A stretch of DNA of 64,000 nt from Tubulanus polymorphus (lineage: Eukaryota; Animalia; Nemertea): assembly GCF_964204645.1 (NCBI RefSeq), contig NC_134025.1:9920001-9984000 (forward strand), in the 5' to 3' direction. The position numbers and the translations under genes were made by a program. Numbering within the stretch: the stretch's first letter is position 1; every line of letters starts with the position of its first letter. Below are positions 14,630 through 28,239 of this stretch, piece after piece. Under the pieces are notes generated by a model. The model was not told the origin of the DNA and searched no databases. It saw only the letters and a list, made by a program, of their open reading frames with translations.

Positions 14630-14800
14630 GTTTGCCAGAACTATATCAGTCGCTTGGCGCCCAGATTTGAACGTACTTTAAATTCTCCCGCGCTCTTGTG
14701 AAGCTGCGCACGTCACTGGAGGAAATGCGATATAAGAAAAAAAGTGACCAGTTCAATTTTTAATCATTATTTACCCATCTATCCTTGCGCGAAAAATAAC
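14630..14800 (+). promoter_or_regulatory. Candidate promoter for the 14870 exon
   Basis: YY1-like cgccatctt (~14636), E2F-like ttggcgccc, tctcccgcgc and gcgcgaaaa, CRE/E-box cacgtcac, tataagaaa at 14731 and TCATT at ~14764. Confidence 0.45.
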
Positions 14801-14869
14801 TGACTATTTTCCTTGTGACAACGCGAGAGAAAGGGCATTTGGACGCCGACATCGGAACAGAACGCAGAG

Positions 14870-14900
14870 ATGGTACTTTTTCAGATCTCGCACCACCAAG
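14870..14900 (+). CDS. Candidate distal first coding exon (MVLFQISHHQ)
   Basis: gagATGg start, 31 nt, donor CAAG|gtagga in phase 1. It is preceded by promoter-like DNA at 14630-14800. Confidence 0.45.
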
Positions 14901-17900
14901 GTAGGACACTTTGTAACTTAGGTTTTTGCATAATATTATGCAAGTTTAACGTCATTTCGAGGCTTTTGTTAGGTTTTTATTTCAATTTTGTTTGTTTTTT
15001 ACCACTGGCGTGTTCAACAAAACACTTTCAGCGGGTTGTTCGGTGTTTCAAATTTTGTCAACTCACTTCAATTTCTCTAACAAACACTATTTCATTAGAC
15101 GAATGTTTGTTTCTTATTTTCAAACAACAACTTGTTTATTTTTTGTACATTTATTCGAAATTCGTCTGGGCGTTCGTTTCGGGACCTTTCGGGATGGCAA
15201 TTCCTTTCGAAGCAAAGGCAATCGTTGCGAAAATGATTGGAGTGTGAGAATGGCGATATAACTTCGCCAGACAATCGCTGTAGTAGGAGAAATTTGGTGA
15301 AAGGGGTATTTTACGACGGCTAAGAAGCTACGCATGACACGATAGATGGAGTTACGTAACAAAGCGTCGTCGTTTTGGCTCTTTGTTTTCTTTTGCTTTT
15401 TCTTAGCTTTCTATCGGACGAAGCTGTCCGGGATGGTCGCATCCAACACAATAAAAGCCACAACAAACATACTGTCTGTATGATTAGTAAATATCGACGA
15501 ATATTATTGCTTTGCAAACCACTTTCATCCGGGTCGATGCTTTAATTTTGATGAATTTAAAAATCGTTGCGGAGAGGTTCTTTGTTGTGTTCGATCAAGA
15601 CGCGCTGTGGTAGCCGACCGGGTTATCCAAGTTTATGTCATGGGGTAACTGGTATCGTAAACCTCTTCGATAGCGGGCCGTCGAACTGTCTTCGATTCCA
15701 ATTTTTTTACCAATTCTGAATTATCCCACATTTTATTGTATAAAGTAGGAACTCATCGGAATGATTTTGATTTGTATTTTGGGCGGGTTTTGGAATTACT
15801 CATTTTTTGCATGTTAACTACATACGAAGTTTGCTTTTATTACGATATTTCTGTTCTTAATTTGTAAATGTCTTCGGCGTCCGTAGGAATGCACTTTGCA
15901 AATATCGCAAACTTCTGCTAAGGCAACGAGCTGACACACGATCGAAAATGGGCTTTAGGTCGATAGATCTAGAATTTTCCTTTTTTACATAAATCTTGAC
16001 TAATTATACACGAATTCATTCAAGATAACTGTAAACTATAGGTCATTCGTCAACTTAGTTATACATCTATGATTAATTTTTCGGGTACGTCTGAAATTCT
16101 TTGACTCGTTCTCGACCACAAATTCTTTCGAGCCTTATTTCAAAATACCGCTACGAATGTTTCGATAATAGTCTTCGACGATTCCGGCCGCATTTACCGC
16201 ATAACTACATTCTTTAGCCGATAAACACCACCGAAACCGACCTCGAGTCAGCCCTTATGCTCCTTGTATGGACTTACGCTCGTGGAATGTCCTGTGTATT
16301 CGGTCAAATTCGGCACACTTCATTCGGCGTTGTAATTTACGGAAAAATCTCGGCGTGGTTATACCGGCGCAGCAGTTCGACTCGCGTTGAGCCAGCTGGG
16401 TCAAGCTGGAGCAGTTGTATTTTTTCCATTCGAAGGAATAAACCGATTACTTTGCGACCGACAGAAACTTGTTGAGGCGCACTAACAAGTGCATGGCCGG
16501 AAGAGGCAATGTCAATCAGTCAGTCAGACGGTCCAACTACGATAACTTATTTCCTCCAAGCGATCAGCACCATATGAATGAAACGGGATGTGTTTTGGAT
16601 TTGGAAGTTTAGCACAAAGAGCGCATCGGTGCCCGTGCGTCTTTCGCTCAAAAGCCTATAATTAGGACGTATAACACAAGAAGTCATTTTTTTATTTCAT
16701 TACTTAATCAATATAATTTTTTTTCCGCTACTTTATATCAATGAATCTGCGACCTACATCTTGCCCGAACCCTACCGATGCGAACTATTCATCTTTAGCG
16801 GGCGAGATTTTTTCTGATATTAACCCGGAGAGCGGTAATTAAGCTGTCAAATTACAAGTAGGGACGATCTCGCGTGTAAAACATCAAAAGGTGGTAACTT
16901 CGATTCTAATTTCCGCATAGAAACCAAATGCGCGACAAAACAATATATCAAAACAGTTTACATTACAGTAATCATTTTAACCCTGCCACGTCTGCTGCGC
17001 GGTGCTGCGTGGTCTATTTACGTCTTTACACCGAGTCCTTCGTCGCCATCCCGTGATGCCGTTTCGCGCCATTACTTCCCGAGACACAAACAACTTACAC
17101 ATTTACAAAACGACACTTACCGAAGCCGATCGATAAATACGCATCTTATAATAACAAAGTTAGCTTCCATTCTATTGCGATCCGATAAAGAGAGATAAGC
17201 GATATTGAATTGAGTGACCACGCGGCGGTCAAGTAATCTGATTTATGCTAGACCTGTATAACCGACACCGCGCATTAAGCGCACCGGTAGAGTATCCTTG
17301 GAAATGCTCGCCGGTAGATTGTGAAGGCTAAGTCGGCGCTTTGTCTTTTTATATCCAACCTGTAGGCAGTCTTTTAATGCCTTATTTTTATGCAAGCAGG
17401 TCATTGAGAACCTACCGATTCTTCTATTGCCATTCGATACGTCAAAATCGTTCGAACTGTCGACTCGTGCGTCGCATTTCATTCGGGAAATCATTCGCCA
17501 GTCCTCCAAACGTAACCGCCCTTCGGCGCAACGTGCTAGTGTCACCTTGGCGCAGCGACCCGTATATAGAGAGGCGGTATAAAGTCATCAAATTGTCGTT
17601 GAAAGCAGATTAATAGTTTCGAGAAGACGAAAACATTTCCGTGTATTTTTTTCATTACAAGTCATCGCGAAATATTCCCACACGCCTTCCGGGGTACAAT
17701 AAGGATAATAATATTCCTTTTCTGACAAGTACTCACTCGGCCGCCAACTAAAACAGGGATTGCTGACTGAAGAGAAAGGTAAGCCTTCAGGCGATTCACA
17801 ATCCGTACTATCGATAGAAATGTAGAGCCCTCCGTACAATTGCGACCAGTTCAAGTTTCTTTGTTTAATTCGTAGATGAATTTCCATAAAATGTCAAAAC

Positions 17901-20900
17901 GCTTCAGATCCCATTACTAAGATTTTGCGCTAAAAACGACTGATATACAGTCGCTCAAACTCTTTCTCTCATTGCAACCATGGATTCGGGGCATTCTCTA
18001 TAAAAAAACCATTGTTATTTAAAAAGAAACGAAATTGTAAGGCCCGATGACAGGTTCAGAATTTTATGGGAAATCTAAGAATTTTGATGACCGTGCGCGG
18101 GAATACATTTCACCCGAATGCCAACCGATTCTGACATTTTCAAAACAAATTTAAAATAACAACATATGCCGTATATTTTTAACTGAATTGAAATTCAGTT
18201 ACTGGAATCGTGTAGGTGTTAAATAGAAACGCTGTCTTTTTGCCGTTGCGCCCTTGTTTTGCGAAAAGCTTTATCTTAATATCGCGTCGAAAAGCACGCC
18301 AGCCTGTTCAAGACGCATTCAACAATTTAAACAATTCACCCGCCTTTATACCATTGAAGTCGGACTTTCGTTTGTTCTCGAGAATAACATCGTCGCGCCC
18401 TGAAACTCGCGAACATGTGCTTCGGTGCCAACTGGTGCAAAATTCTCGCAATACACACCGGCCGCTAAGAGAGAACGAAATTGTCAAAATGGCCTGCCAC
18501 AACGCCATCTTACGAAAAACTATTCAACTAAGCAGTCAGAAAAACTCAAATTATCACATTAACCAGCATCAAAATTCGTCCATCTTTTAGTAGAATATTC
18601 TTTAGAAATTTCTTATAAAGCGAATGCTATCTAGAATCATTCCTGGCCGATTTAATGACTACGTGACATATTCGAAACGGCAAAAGCCGTCAATAATAGA
18701 TTATCTTTATTCGCGATCTTCATCCTTCATGCATAACGAAAACCTTTTGCGAGAAATAAAAATCCTAATCTCTCGAAGCTAGATTTTAATTCGAAATCGA
18801 ATCGTTTGTCCCGAGGATAGGATGGACCCTGAGAAGACAAGCCTCCGGCGAGAGCGCGCTACAGACAAAGAATATTTTCCGGTTTTTGCGTCTATAAAAG
18901 ACGAAATTTGCACCTGAGAGATGCATTTTTTATAGAGCATTTTGACCGCCTGCGAACTCGGTGATAACAATAGGATGAATATTTGAATCACTGTCAGCCT
19001 TGAGTAACCAGTGATTAAAGGAAGATCGTAAGATTTCTGCAATCTGTCTATCATATAAACAGATTTTCTTTAAGAAACAAACTAAAAACTTGAAAGAACT
19101 CAGAATTTGTAGGTAAATTTCAACACTTATATGGCGCTCATTCGCTGTTTATGCATGCGATCGTTTATGTTTGTCAGTATGCCGACTGTATAAAGCAAAA
19201 AGCTATTTCAAACTATACATATTAGTTTTTAACATTGGGCCCTATCCATATTGCGAGGTCATTCCAGTTTATAATACGGAGAAATATATTTAAAAAGGAG
19301 ATTTTTTAACGAACACCCTGATCTAGTAAAAACAAGGAAAAAAAATCACCGTAAAAACCGCGCTGCTGTTACCGCGGCAAAAACTCAATATGATTAGGTC
19401 GACCAGAATCTCATTAATTTGTATGTTTATGTAATATCTGAAACCAGTTACGTTCTCTCTCTGTCACGCGTAGAATATTGTCACTTTTGAATGCAACATT
19501 ACGTTTTAAACTCATCCTCGAGTATCACTTGGCTGGATTACGGACATAAAAGCGTCACTCGATGAAGTCAGTGGAACAATTGTTCCAGCGACGATCGAGC
19601 AAAGGACTCCTCACCCACGTGGCAGTTGCTGAGTCAACAACCCTCGGCAGAACCTTTTTATCCGTAAAAACGATGCCACTCAAAAAATTTTCATATCAAG
19701 AGTGATATGCGGGGAAGTGTTTGCACACTCTCGACAGGAATCGTCAAACTGAAGCGACGTCGAATTCGTGAATGGCCCATAGTTTATTTGACGAACAAAT
19801 GTTAGTTGTGGCAACCGTACATTATCAGGTGTTTTTTTTTCTTTCGGGCAGGTGGGCGCATCTGTTGATGATGCAGATAACCGACCGGGGGTATAGGATT
19901 AACTGTACCCGGTGCGCTCAGGCGAACTGGCTTGCAATTCACTATAGCTCCGTATAGTTAATACTTATATCAATTTTGACATCCAGTCGATTTTAGAGCA
20001 TTAACGCATCGCATCGTATAATATTAGAATCCGAATAACATTTAATAAAATTATTGGCATCAGCGTCTAATAACGTCATTAGCCGACAACCTGTTCTGGC
20101 TGTTTGACTGGTTCTTCGACTTGTCGGCTGGGCGATAATCGAAATACGAAATGCTACGTGTTGCCAATTAGCCGCCACTAAAATAGTCCGATTTACACCG
20201 AAAAAAAATCATCTATTCCAACCGTGCCATCGCGCGTTTACCAATTAATTCAATAAAAACATATTATTTAACATCATAATGAAATGGGCTCGGATTAAAA
20301 AAGATATCATTTCGTTCGTGCACGCGACCGGTTTACGTAAGATTACACACTAACAATTAGCAAGGCTACACCTGCAAACTTAGCTGTTGGTTGAATTTAC
20401 AACTGAATACGACTTCAAAAGCACAGATTTCAATCGGGCCTCCGCGGCTAGCTTCGAAATCTTATCTTGTTATTCATGATACTAATTCTACCACTAAATT
20501 TATTGCGGCAAACTTTGGTCTCCGGCTTCCGCTAGCGCCGTTGCTGCAGTAGCAGATATTGTCTGATAATTCATGGACGGATGTTCAATTTGAATGGTTA
20601 ATTTCATAAGAGATAATTCGAGCGGCGACGGTTTGTTTTCGTTTCCAGCGGCGCCACGATGGCCAAATTAGCCGATTTGACAATTGATAGAATGCTAAAT
20701 TCGAAATAATTCCCAAAGAACGAGTGCGGGTCCTTTTTGGAAGTATCATACGTGTTCAACTGAAAAGAACTGATAAATACACGCGAAATCAATCATTTTC
20801 CCATCAGCCGCGTATTCATCGGTTATCAAAGTAGTCATTGAAGCAGCAGATTCACTCTCGACACGACCGGTCGCGACATGTCGGCGAAAGAAAAGAAAAT

Positions 20901-21650
20901 ACGTTGACATATAGGTAAACAGAGGGCTTATTAATCACGACAGCCGCGTGGCAACTGATTTGTATGCCGAGTTAAAACGCCGGCTATCCATCTTACGATT
21001 GTCGACGGCGCACGATGTGTTGCGAGGATTTTGCGGGCTGAAAAGCTAGAAATTGCGTTCTGAAAGGCGTAATTGATGTCAGAAATTTGCTGATGATGTG
21101 GCGACGGCGCAAAGCGTTCGTTCTCGCTTCCCCGATCCGTGTCACTCGTCCATTTGAGATCGGACGCGAACGCTGCGGCCGTCGCTCTGTATTCATACCG
21201 ACGATGCGTTATAGCCGTGAACATTAATCTTGATTATTCGATCTCGAAGGTGTAAATCTGGCCCGTTGGTAATTCAAGTGTAAATGGAATCAGCAATTAC
21301 GAGAATATCATGTTACACATATCCACTTTTACTTAAACACCCGTTCTGTACCACTTATATGCTCATTTCTTCTTCATTACTCGTTAATAATAAGCTATTC
21401 ATGAACTGTTGTTTCTCTTTGGGTTTGAGGAACCTGTTATAAGCCCGGATCAAACGGCAAATTAGAAAAATGCATTTTTATTCAATGTAACAGCAGACAG
21501 GTTTCTATTTGTTGCATTCAGATGACGAGTCTTTCTTGTAGTTCTTTTAGCCTCATAACGAAGCTCATAGGAATGACAACGAACGACCTAATATCAATCC
21601 CCGTCATTAGCGAAACCCCACGATATATATCTAAAACAACCGCTATTGCT

Positions 21651-21760
21651 TTTTCGGGTGGAATACTTCCACCCATCTTCAGAATTTATTATTATTGTTT
21701 CATTCCTTACGTTTTTGGTGGATATTTCCACCCTTCTTCAGAGTTTTTATTTGATGCGTT
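21651..21760. repeat. Two-copy ~60-bp tandem duplication, each copy carrying a GGTGGA/TCCACC hairpin
   Basis: gggtggaatacttccacccatcttcaga... and ggtggatatttccacccttcttcaga... Confidence 0.7.
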
Positions 21761-24700
21761 TTTATTCAAGACTGGACATAGTCCCAACTATTCAATCCCT
21801 GTGTTTGCGTGGGTGAAAAAAAAATTAATTGTTACGAACACAGAATATCTCGGCATTCTTTCATGAAACCTGCTGAGTCCAATCGTCTATTTGAAAAATG
21901 CGACACAAAGCTGAGACTCGTGCGCGACTGTCTTTTGGAATAATCGAGGAAACCATATGGCTATGGCGTGATGTCGAAGGCGTCCGAGGCATTACCGTTT
22001 AAAGACGCGCTCGTGTGCTTCCAAACGTAATAGAAATCAGGACCAATCTGACATTTGTCATTTATTTCGAATAAGAAAAACGACTACACGTCGTTCCATC
22101 TGCTGGCCTTCCTAAATTAAAAAGTTTTCAGTTTGATTACTAACACGGAAAATATCCGTATGGCTGCGGCGTTCGTGAACATTATCCTTACAATCGAATA
22201 CACGGAATGGAACGACTTTCCCTTAGTAGAAAACACTGTAGTGTGTACGCCATCCTCGAGCGAGGCCCATCGGATCACCGGGGCATAGCTTTTCATTCAT
22301 TTTTTGGAAAACCGGTTTCTAATACGGCCGATAAATATAGCGCCATACAACCATCACACACCGCATCAATCTTACAACGTGGTAATTATGCCACCAACGC
22401 GAAGGAATGAATTTGATATTAAAAAGCGTATTATCTTTAAGTTCTTACATTCTGTATCGTTTGGTCACCAACGTGTACACAGTATGCCCGCATCGCCAGA
22501 AGCCACCGTATTGTCAAGCAACGCAATAAAGTAATTAGCAAACCTACTTTGAGTCAGCCGGGCGAGAAATGCTCCCTATCATTGTACAATAATAAATCGT
22601 TCTCGACGTTTGTTTTAGTGACAGCGACATCCCATAAAACGATCCCTCAGTCGATCGTTACCGGATTTATTACCGAATTAGAAGCCTCTTCTTTGACCCG
22701 CTACGATCCGCGATCAGTTACAAAAACCGGCCGTCAAGGATAATCATTCATTGTTTTTTTACCGAATTGATAAAAAATATTTCCGATAAGAATGATCTTC
22801 ATGAATACATAACTACCCTAATGACAACAAGGTTCATTATCATAACAAGGACAATCCGATGCACAATTGAATTATATACAATACCAATCCCTTTTTATCA
22901 AAGGTCAAGGGCGCGCAATGTCTCTCTCTCTCTCTTTCTATTTATCTCCAATTCGATTTTTTGCGTTGATTAAATCTAAATGCATGCAGTCTCAATTCTT
23001 ATAAATCGAAACGTATTAGATTACCCTCAAACATGAATCCTTTGTATGCTTCTATATGGAGTTTCTTTAGTTCATTAGTAATCGATATCGTATCTATATT
23101 CAAACAAGAATCAGCCATGTGATACGTTTCCTCGCTACTAGATGTCACTAAGTGGCGAAGAAGCAACAAGCGCTAATTTCTTTTCTAATTCGAAAATGTT
23201 CATATTCATGATGTCGCGAACAAAATGCTTATAATGTGGTCCCGTATCGACGACGATCATAAAAGTAGTGCCATCCCCGTATCTTTTGGTTTCCGCTTAA
23301 TTTCTACTCGAAAACCGTATCAAATTCCACTTCGAAAGCTATCCTACATAAAATGCTTATCTGACGTACTTAACCGTTAGATAAAATAACATATTTTTCC
23401 AGTAGTTTTGTTTTATTTCGTTCGGATAACATGCGTTTAACGTGTTTATTGCGTGGCGGATGAATATGCGTTTGACAATTTAAGGGCGTTGGTTGTTAGC
23501 GGCTGGTTTTCAATCATATATAAAACGTTTCTGGTGACAAATTTCGATGCTAAGGTTACAAATATGTCTTCTCAACGAAAACACTTCCAAGATGAAGTAG
23601 AAAACGTTAAGAAATGATCATTGATGCCATCGTTTTCGTTGGGTTTAGTAGAAATCGGATGCCGAGTCATTGACTTAAAAAGTAAAATATACGTGACAGC
23701 ATGTACGGAATCGACGACGAAATAAGCACGATTTGCCATGAAATTCTGATCAAAATGCTCAGTATCGGTTAGACTGAACGCTCTATTGGTGACATACTGC
23801 AAAAACATCATCAACCTTGACCTACATAACAAGATTTCGTCGCAGAAAGCAAAAAATGTCGTTCATCAGATTGTCTGATTTTATAACGAAACTTCGTATG
23901 AAACTCGGTGTAAAACTTCTATTTGAACGTTAGTTCTAATTCTACCGTGCTTTGGACGAATTCGACCGTTATTTAGTGAGTTAATGATTGTGTAAAGCTT
24001 TTAGTATACGGAATATGTTTATACCACGTAGCTGCCAATTTTCCGAATCATATCGCAAAATCACATTGGAAACGGGGAAATTCCCAGAGCTCTTCACACC
24101 AAAGCCCGTTTTGTTGCAATTAGGAGAAATTTCCTCGCAAACTGAGCGCCATCAGCACTGACCTACATTATACGTAATTCGACGACAAGAGTCGTGCTGT
24201 ACTGGCTTTGAAAAAAAAAGAATTTTTCACCATGGGCGATTGAATCAAATGGAATATTTTAATGCACAGAGACCCATCCAGTGCAGATGGTGTATTATAA
24301 TTAATGAGTTTTCTCAATTTAATCTCTTCACGTGGCCTTTGTTCCAGTTACAATCTCAAAACTGACGCGCGCGCAACGGCGCTTCTTAATTGAGTAAATT
24401 TTGTGATTTTTTTTTTCATGGAAACGGATGCAATTATTCAGAATTGCTGATTACAGAGAGTGGCACAAACGGGATTCTGACGAATCGAACTTTGTCATTT
24501 GAAAAGGAAGTAAACATAATTGCGCGCATAAAGGGCTTCTGCGGCAATATGCGGCAATATGCAAAGAGGGTCGCTGTGGGAAAACTCGAGTTTGATTTCA
24601 ATGTAAATGCACATTTGAATTTCAGGCTGGAAAATTTCGTCGCGCGAACAGATCATTATAATCCGGTGGTTGTCATGTAATGTTAACAAACGGCACTTGA

Positions 24701-26306
24701 ACCGGTGCAAAATGCATCGATAAACACGAAACCGGTGATCTAACGAATTAATTGCCGATCGGGTTGAATGGGGCTTAAAAAAGTTCCCATTCTCGACATT
24801 GCGTCTCGTTCGATGTCCAGACTAAGATAACAATAGACTACCGACGTTACAGAAACGACAAAACAATAACACCTTCTGACATCCCAGGGTCAACGCGCGC
24901 CTCGAATCATTCTTCGTCTCTTAGTTCGTTTGAATATTCTTAAAGTCTCTCAATTTTTTCGTGAATCCTGAAACAGATGTCTGCGTGTTCTATTCAAATC
25001 TATTGTTTCGTTTCGTAACAAGGGGGAATTTGAAAATGAGTCGTCGGCCTTTTTAGACAAAAGAGAATACCAAGAGGTTGGAGTTAGGATGAAGGGTGTG
25101 ATTATGATGCCCAGGCCGACGTGCAGTGACGGGCCTTTTTTCAGGAAGATTAAAATATAGATTTTTTTCTAAATACCTCCTCGGGCCACGGATTCAGAAG
25201 AATAGATAATCATTAAAAATTAAGTTTGTGCCTTAAAGGATTTCAGTGGCCACTGACTCAGCTAGGGAAATATTGTTGGTGACAAAGAACCTAACAGGGT
25301 AAGCAGCTCCAACGTGTCTAACGGAAAATCTTTGCATATAAACTTTTGAATATCATAGATTATAGGAAATGACTCCCAGAAATATAACCTATCGTGATTA
25401 TCTATTCCCCCTCTAATTCTGATTTATTTAATGATGTCAACCGAAATAACTATATTGGCGAAACATGTGGGTAGAATAAGCCAAATGAATCTTTATTTTC
25501 AAACTTAAAGAAGTTTAGATTATCGACGAGTGAGGAACTTTTTTGATGAAGATATCATTCACACAGCCGTGTAGTTTATATATTCGCTTGCATAGACGTA
25601 TTCGGTTCGCATACTCATCAGGATTACTTCACGCCGAATAGGACTGAAACGTTATGTTCTCTTTCATTTTCACGTGCATCGAAATAATCACCCGCAAGGT
25701 GAATGTAACCACGATATACATCCTTCGAGTTCTTCGTTAGGTCTAAGTGATTGTCAGCGTGATCAGTTAACTCTGAAATCGTCGCTACGATGCGAGAGAG
25801 ACGTAAACAAGAATACATTAACCGGAGCTGTCTCTTCTTTCTTGGCTGTCTGCAATGGCGATGTAAGCATTGCCGTATCATCTTGTCATCGTCAACGGAA
25901 TCTCTGAGACTTAAACCATTTCGTGACATTTTACGCGATGTCATAGCCGCAGAGGTTGTATTCCGTGATCTTGTGTAATTCGCTGTTGCGTTGGTCATTG
26001 TTCGTGGACGCAACTCCCCTGGAAAAGAATGGACAACCGTTTTCTTTTGTGACAGGTCGCCGTCTTAAAAGAACGATTTGCATAATGTTCGTGCTATAAG
26101 GATCTATTGTTAGATCCGTTCTTTTCAGTCGAAGTAGCAGTTCGCTTTCGACTCCTGCGGATTTACTGGTCAGGGCGGTATTCGCGGACCGGCGCTTTTG
26201 CAGATAACAATTTTTGTTCAACTCGCATACACCGAGCACAAGCGACTAATTAATGTAACCGGTCCTATCGTCACATAGGCCTACAAGTAAACGTATTGAA
26301 ATCACC

Positions 26307-26445
26307 ATGGAGAGCTTCGCTTATAAATGTCCAACTACGGAAATTTCCTCCCAAGGTATCGACGACGTTACGATGGACATTGGAAGTCAGAAACTTTTCG
26401 CTAGGATGTGCTTGGAATTTATGGATCTTTCTACCGATTATCAAG
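26307..26445 (+). CDS. Candidate alternative first coding exon (46 aa, MESFAYKCPTTEISSQGIDDVTMDIGSQKLFARMCLEFMDLSTDYQ)
   Basis: Kozak accATGg, 139 nt open, strong donor CAAG|gtgagt in phase 1. Upstream ctataag (~26094) and TCAGT Inr (~26125) are spaced about 30 nt apart. Confidence 0.65.
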
Positions 26446-27180
26446 GTGAGTAAATGGCGTACGCAGGTCGCGGACAATCCAGTCAGTGGTTGTCCGACCG
26501 CCCCCGTGGTTCAACTTATCTCAACGGTCAGCGTGTGGAGTGTGCTTGAAATCATCTGGAACGCTCGGTTGATCTGGTTTGTCCACGCGAATATTCATTA
26601 TACAGCGATTTAACAGCGGTGACATCGTTGGAAACACGTATCCAATTACCTGAAAACACGGCAAGTGACAACAAAACGGCCAATTACTTCCGTCAGATTG
26701 GACGATATATCGAGTGAAACAGATTGGTGGTCACGCAGAAATGCGCAGCTCGACGTCTCGTTTTTTTGTAGTTTTTTCAGTATGGATTTCCTTTTCTAGC
26801 AAAAAATTTTCACTGGCTTGATGTTTCTTTTTGTCATCGGATTTTTTCATACTTAAATACACTACATCGTATGATGTATTATTTTCAAATTCTAATTGTC
26901 ATCTTACAGCCGTGTTTGGCTTTTCACATATATTGGATATCACATGGGGATATTATGTAACTTTTGAATTACGATTACTTGTATGTTTTGTAATATCATA
27001 ATATATATGGCAAATAAATATCTATCTATCATACGGACGTTAAGTTCCAGTGATCCCAAAATCTCCTTATAATTTCAAAAGATTTGATACAGTCGAAGAC
27101 ACATTTTTGAAATCCAGAGTGTATTTTGCTTATTGTTGGCCGATGCGAGTTTCTTTAGGTATGTGAAGGATACCAAACAT

Positions 27181-27545
27181 GTTTTTGACACCGTAGAAAC
27201 CGTGACAATAATGTTTATATACATTGATAACTACTATGGTTTATTTAAGGGGGTACATATTGGCTTTCAAAATAACACATACAATATTGTGAATTTTAAT
27301 CTTTTTTTTCAATAAATATATTTCATGACACTTTCCATGAATTTTCATGTCTTTTTAATGACGAATTTGAATGGATGTGCCCTTCGTCATCAATAATGGG
27401 GCTAGCCTGGTCGGACTGGTTGCCGATCAATTCAATTCAATTGTCGATATATTCAAATTCAAAATAACCTTATTGCTCATTAATGTTACATTGTATTCGC
27501 TTTCGATGATATTAGGCGGTATAGGCATCAGTTGGCTTTCAAGTT
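27181..27545 (+). repeat. Dispersed repeat, copy 2 of 3
   Basis: ttgacaccgtagaaaccgtgacaataatg ... tttgaatggatgtgcc ... gactggttgccgatcaattcaattcaat ... ctttcaagt. It lacks the gtgagtcgatgtgca block. Confidence 0.8.
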
Positions 27546-27757
27546 AGTTTTCGCGTTATCAATAATTCTGCCAATTCATCCCAAGCAAGATTAAAGACCG
27601 TCGCTCACATATAGGCATAGGCAGCTATAAATCTCAAGCGTTACCGTTAATCGTACCTATACTTGCCACCGTTATATGCCAACGATAAAGCGTATGTAAC
27701 GATCAAAAGAGAATAAAATGATGATAAAATGATTCATGAAACATTTTCTATTTGTAG

Positions 27758-27874
27758 TAAAATGCGATCACGACCTCTACAACGGAGCGCGCATTTCTCC
27801 GACTACTTTGACGTTTGGCTTGCGACCAGACTTCCTGACCAAGTCACCGATCAGCCCGTTCTATTCACATTTCG
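27758..27874 (+). CDS. Candidate symmetric internal exon (39 codons, (V)KCDHDLYNGARISPTTLTFGLRPDFLTKSPISPFYSHF-G)
   Basis: Acceptor ttttctatttgtag|, 117 nt, open in the phase 1-to-1 frame, strong donor CG|gtaagt. Confidence 0.6.
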
Positions 27875-28166
27875 GTAAGTTATACACTTTTTGATTACAA
27901 ACTGGTATATCCATCAATGGATTTACAGGTATGAGAATTATATACGTAATAGTATACGACGTGTACTAGACCTTTACTTTGGATTGGAAATGAAAACCTT
28001 ATTTTGTATACCTGTAAGTTTATTTATTTGGGCCTTCTTGAATCATAAGTCCAAAATATATGAATCGAGAGACCCTTAAAACCTTTTCGACTCCGTATTA
28101 CATAGTACATGTAGACGATAGTACATGTAGAAAAGGAAACAAAATAGGTTAGGTTGTAAATGCAAA

Positions 28167-28239
28167 AGGTTTCGGCGGGGCTCGAACCCGCGACCTTCTG
28201 CGTGTGAAGCAGACGTGATAACCACTACACTACGAAACC
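28167..28239 (-). tRNA. trnV-CAC: tRNA-Val(CAC)
   Basis: Reverse complement GGTTTCGTAGTGTAGTGGTTATCACGTCTGCTTCACACGCAGAAGGTCGCGGGTTCGAGCCCCGCCGAAACC(T). It has a 7-bp acceptor stem, A and B boxes, TCTGC/GCAGA anticodon stem with CAC, GCGGG/CCCGC T-stem, and a TTTT run immediately after base 72. Confidence 0.95.

Noticed and set aside
17588-17887. 99-aa minus-strand ORF with a GTGAGT donor-like site
   Set aside because: No recognisable homology or partner exons.
25624-26477. Stacked minus-strand ORFs that looked like a frameshifted gene, vaguely TGF-beta propeptide-like
   Set aside because: There are no diagnostic motifs. The region is better explained as the promoter, 5' UTR and first exon of the + strand unit at 26307.
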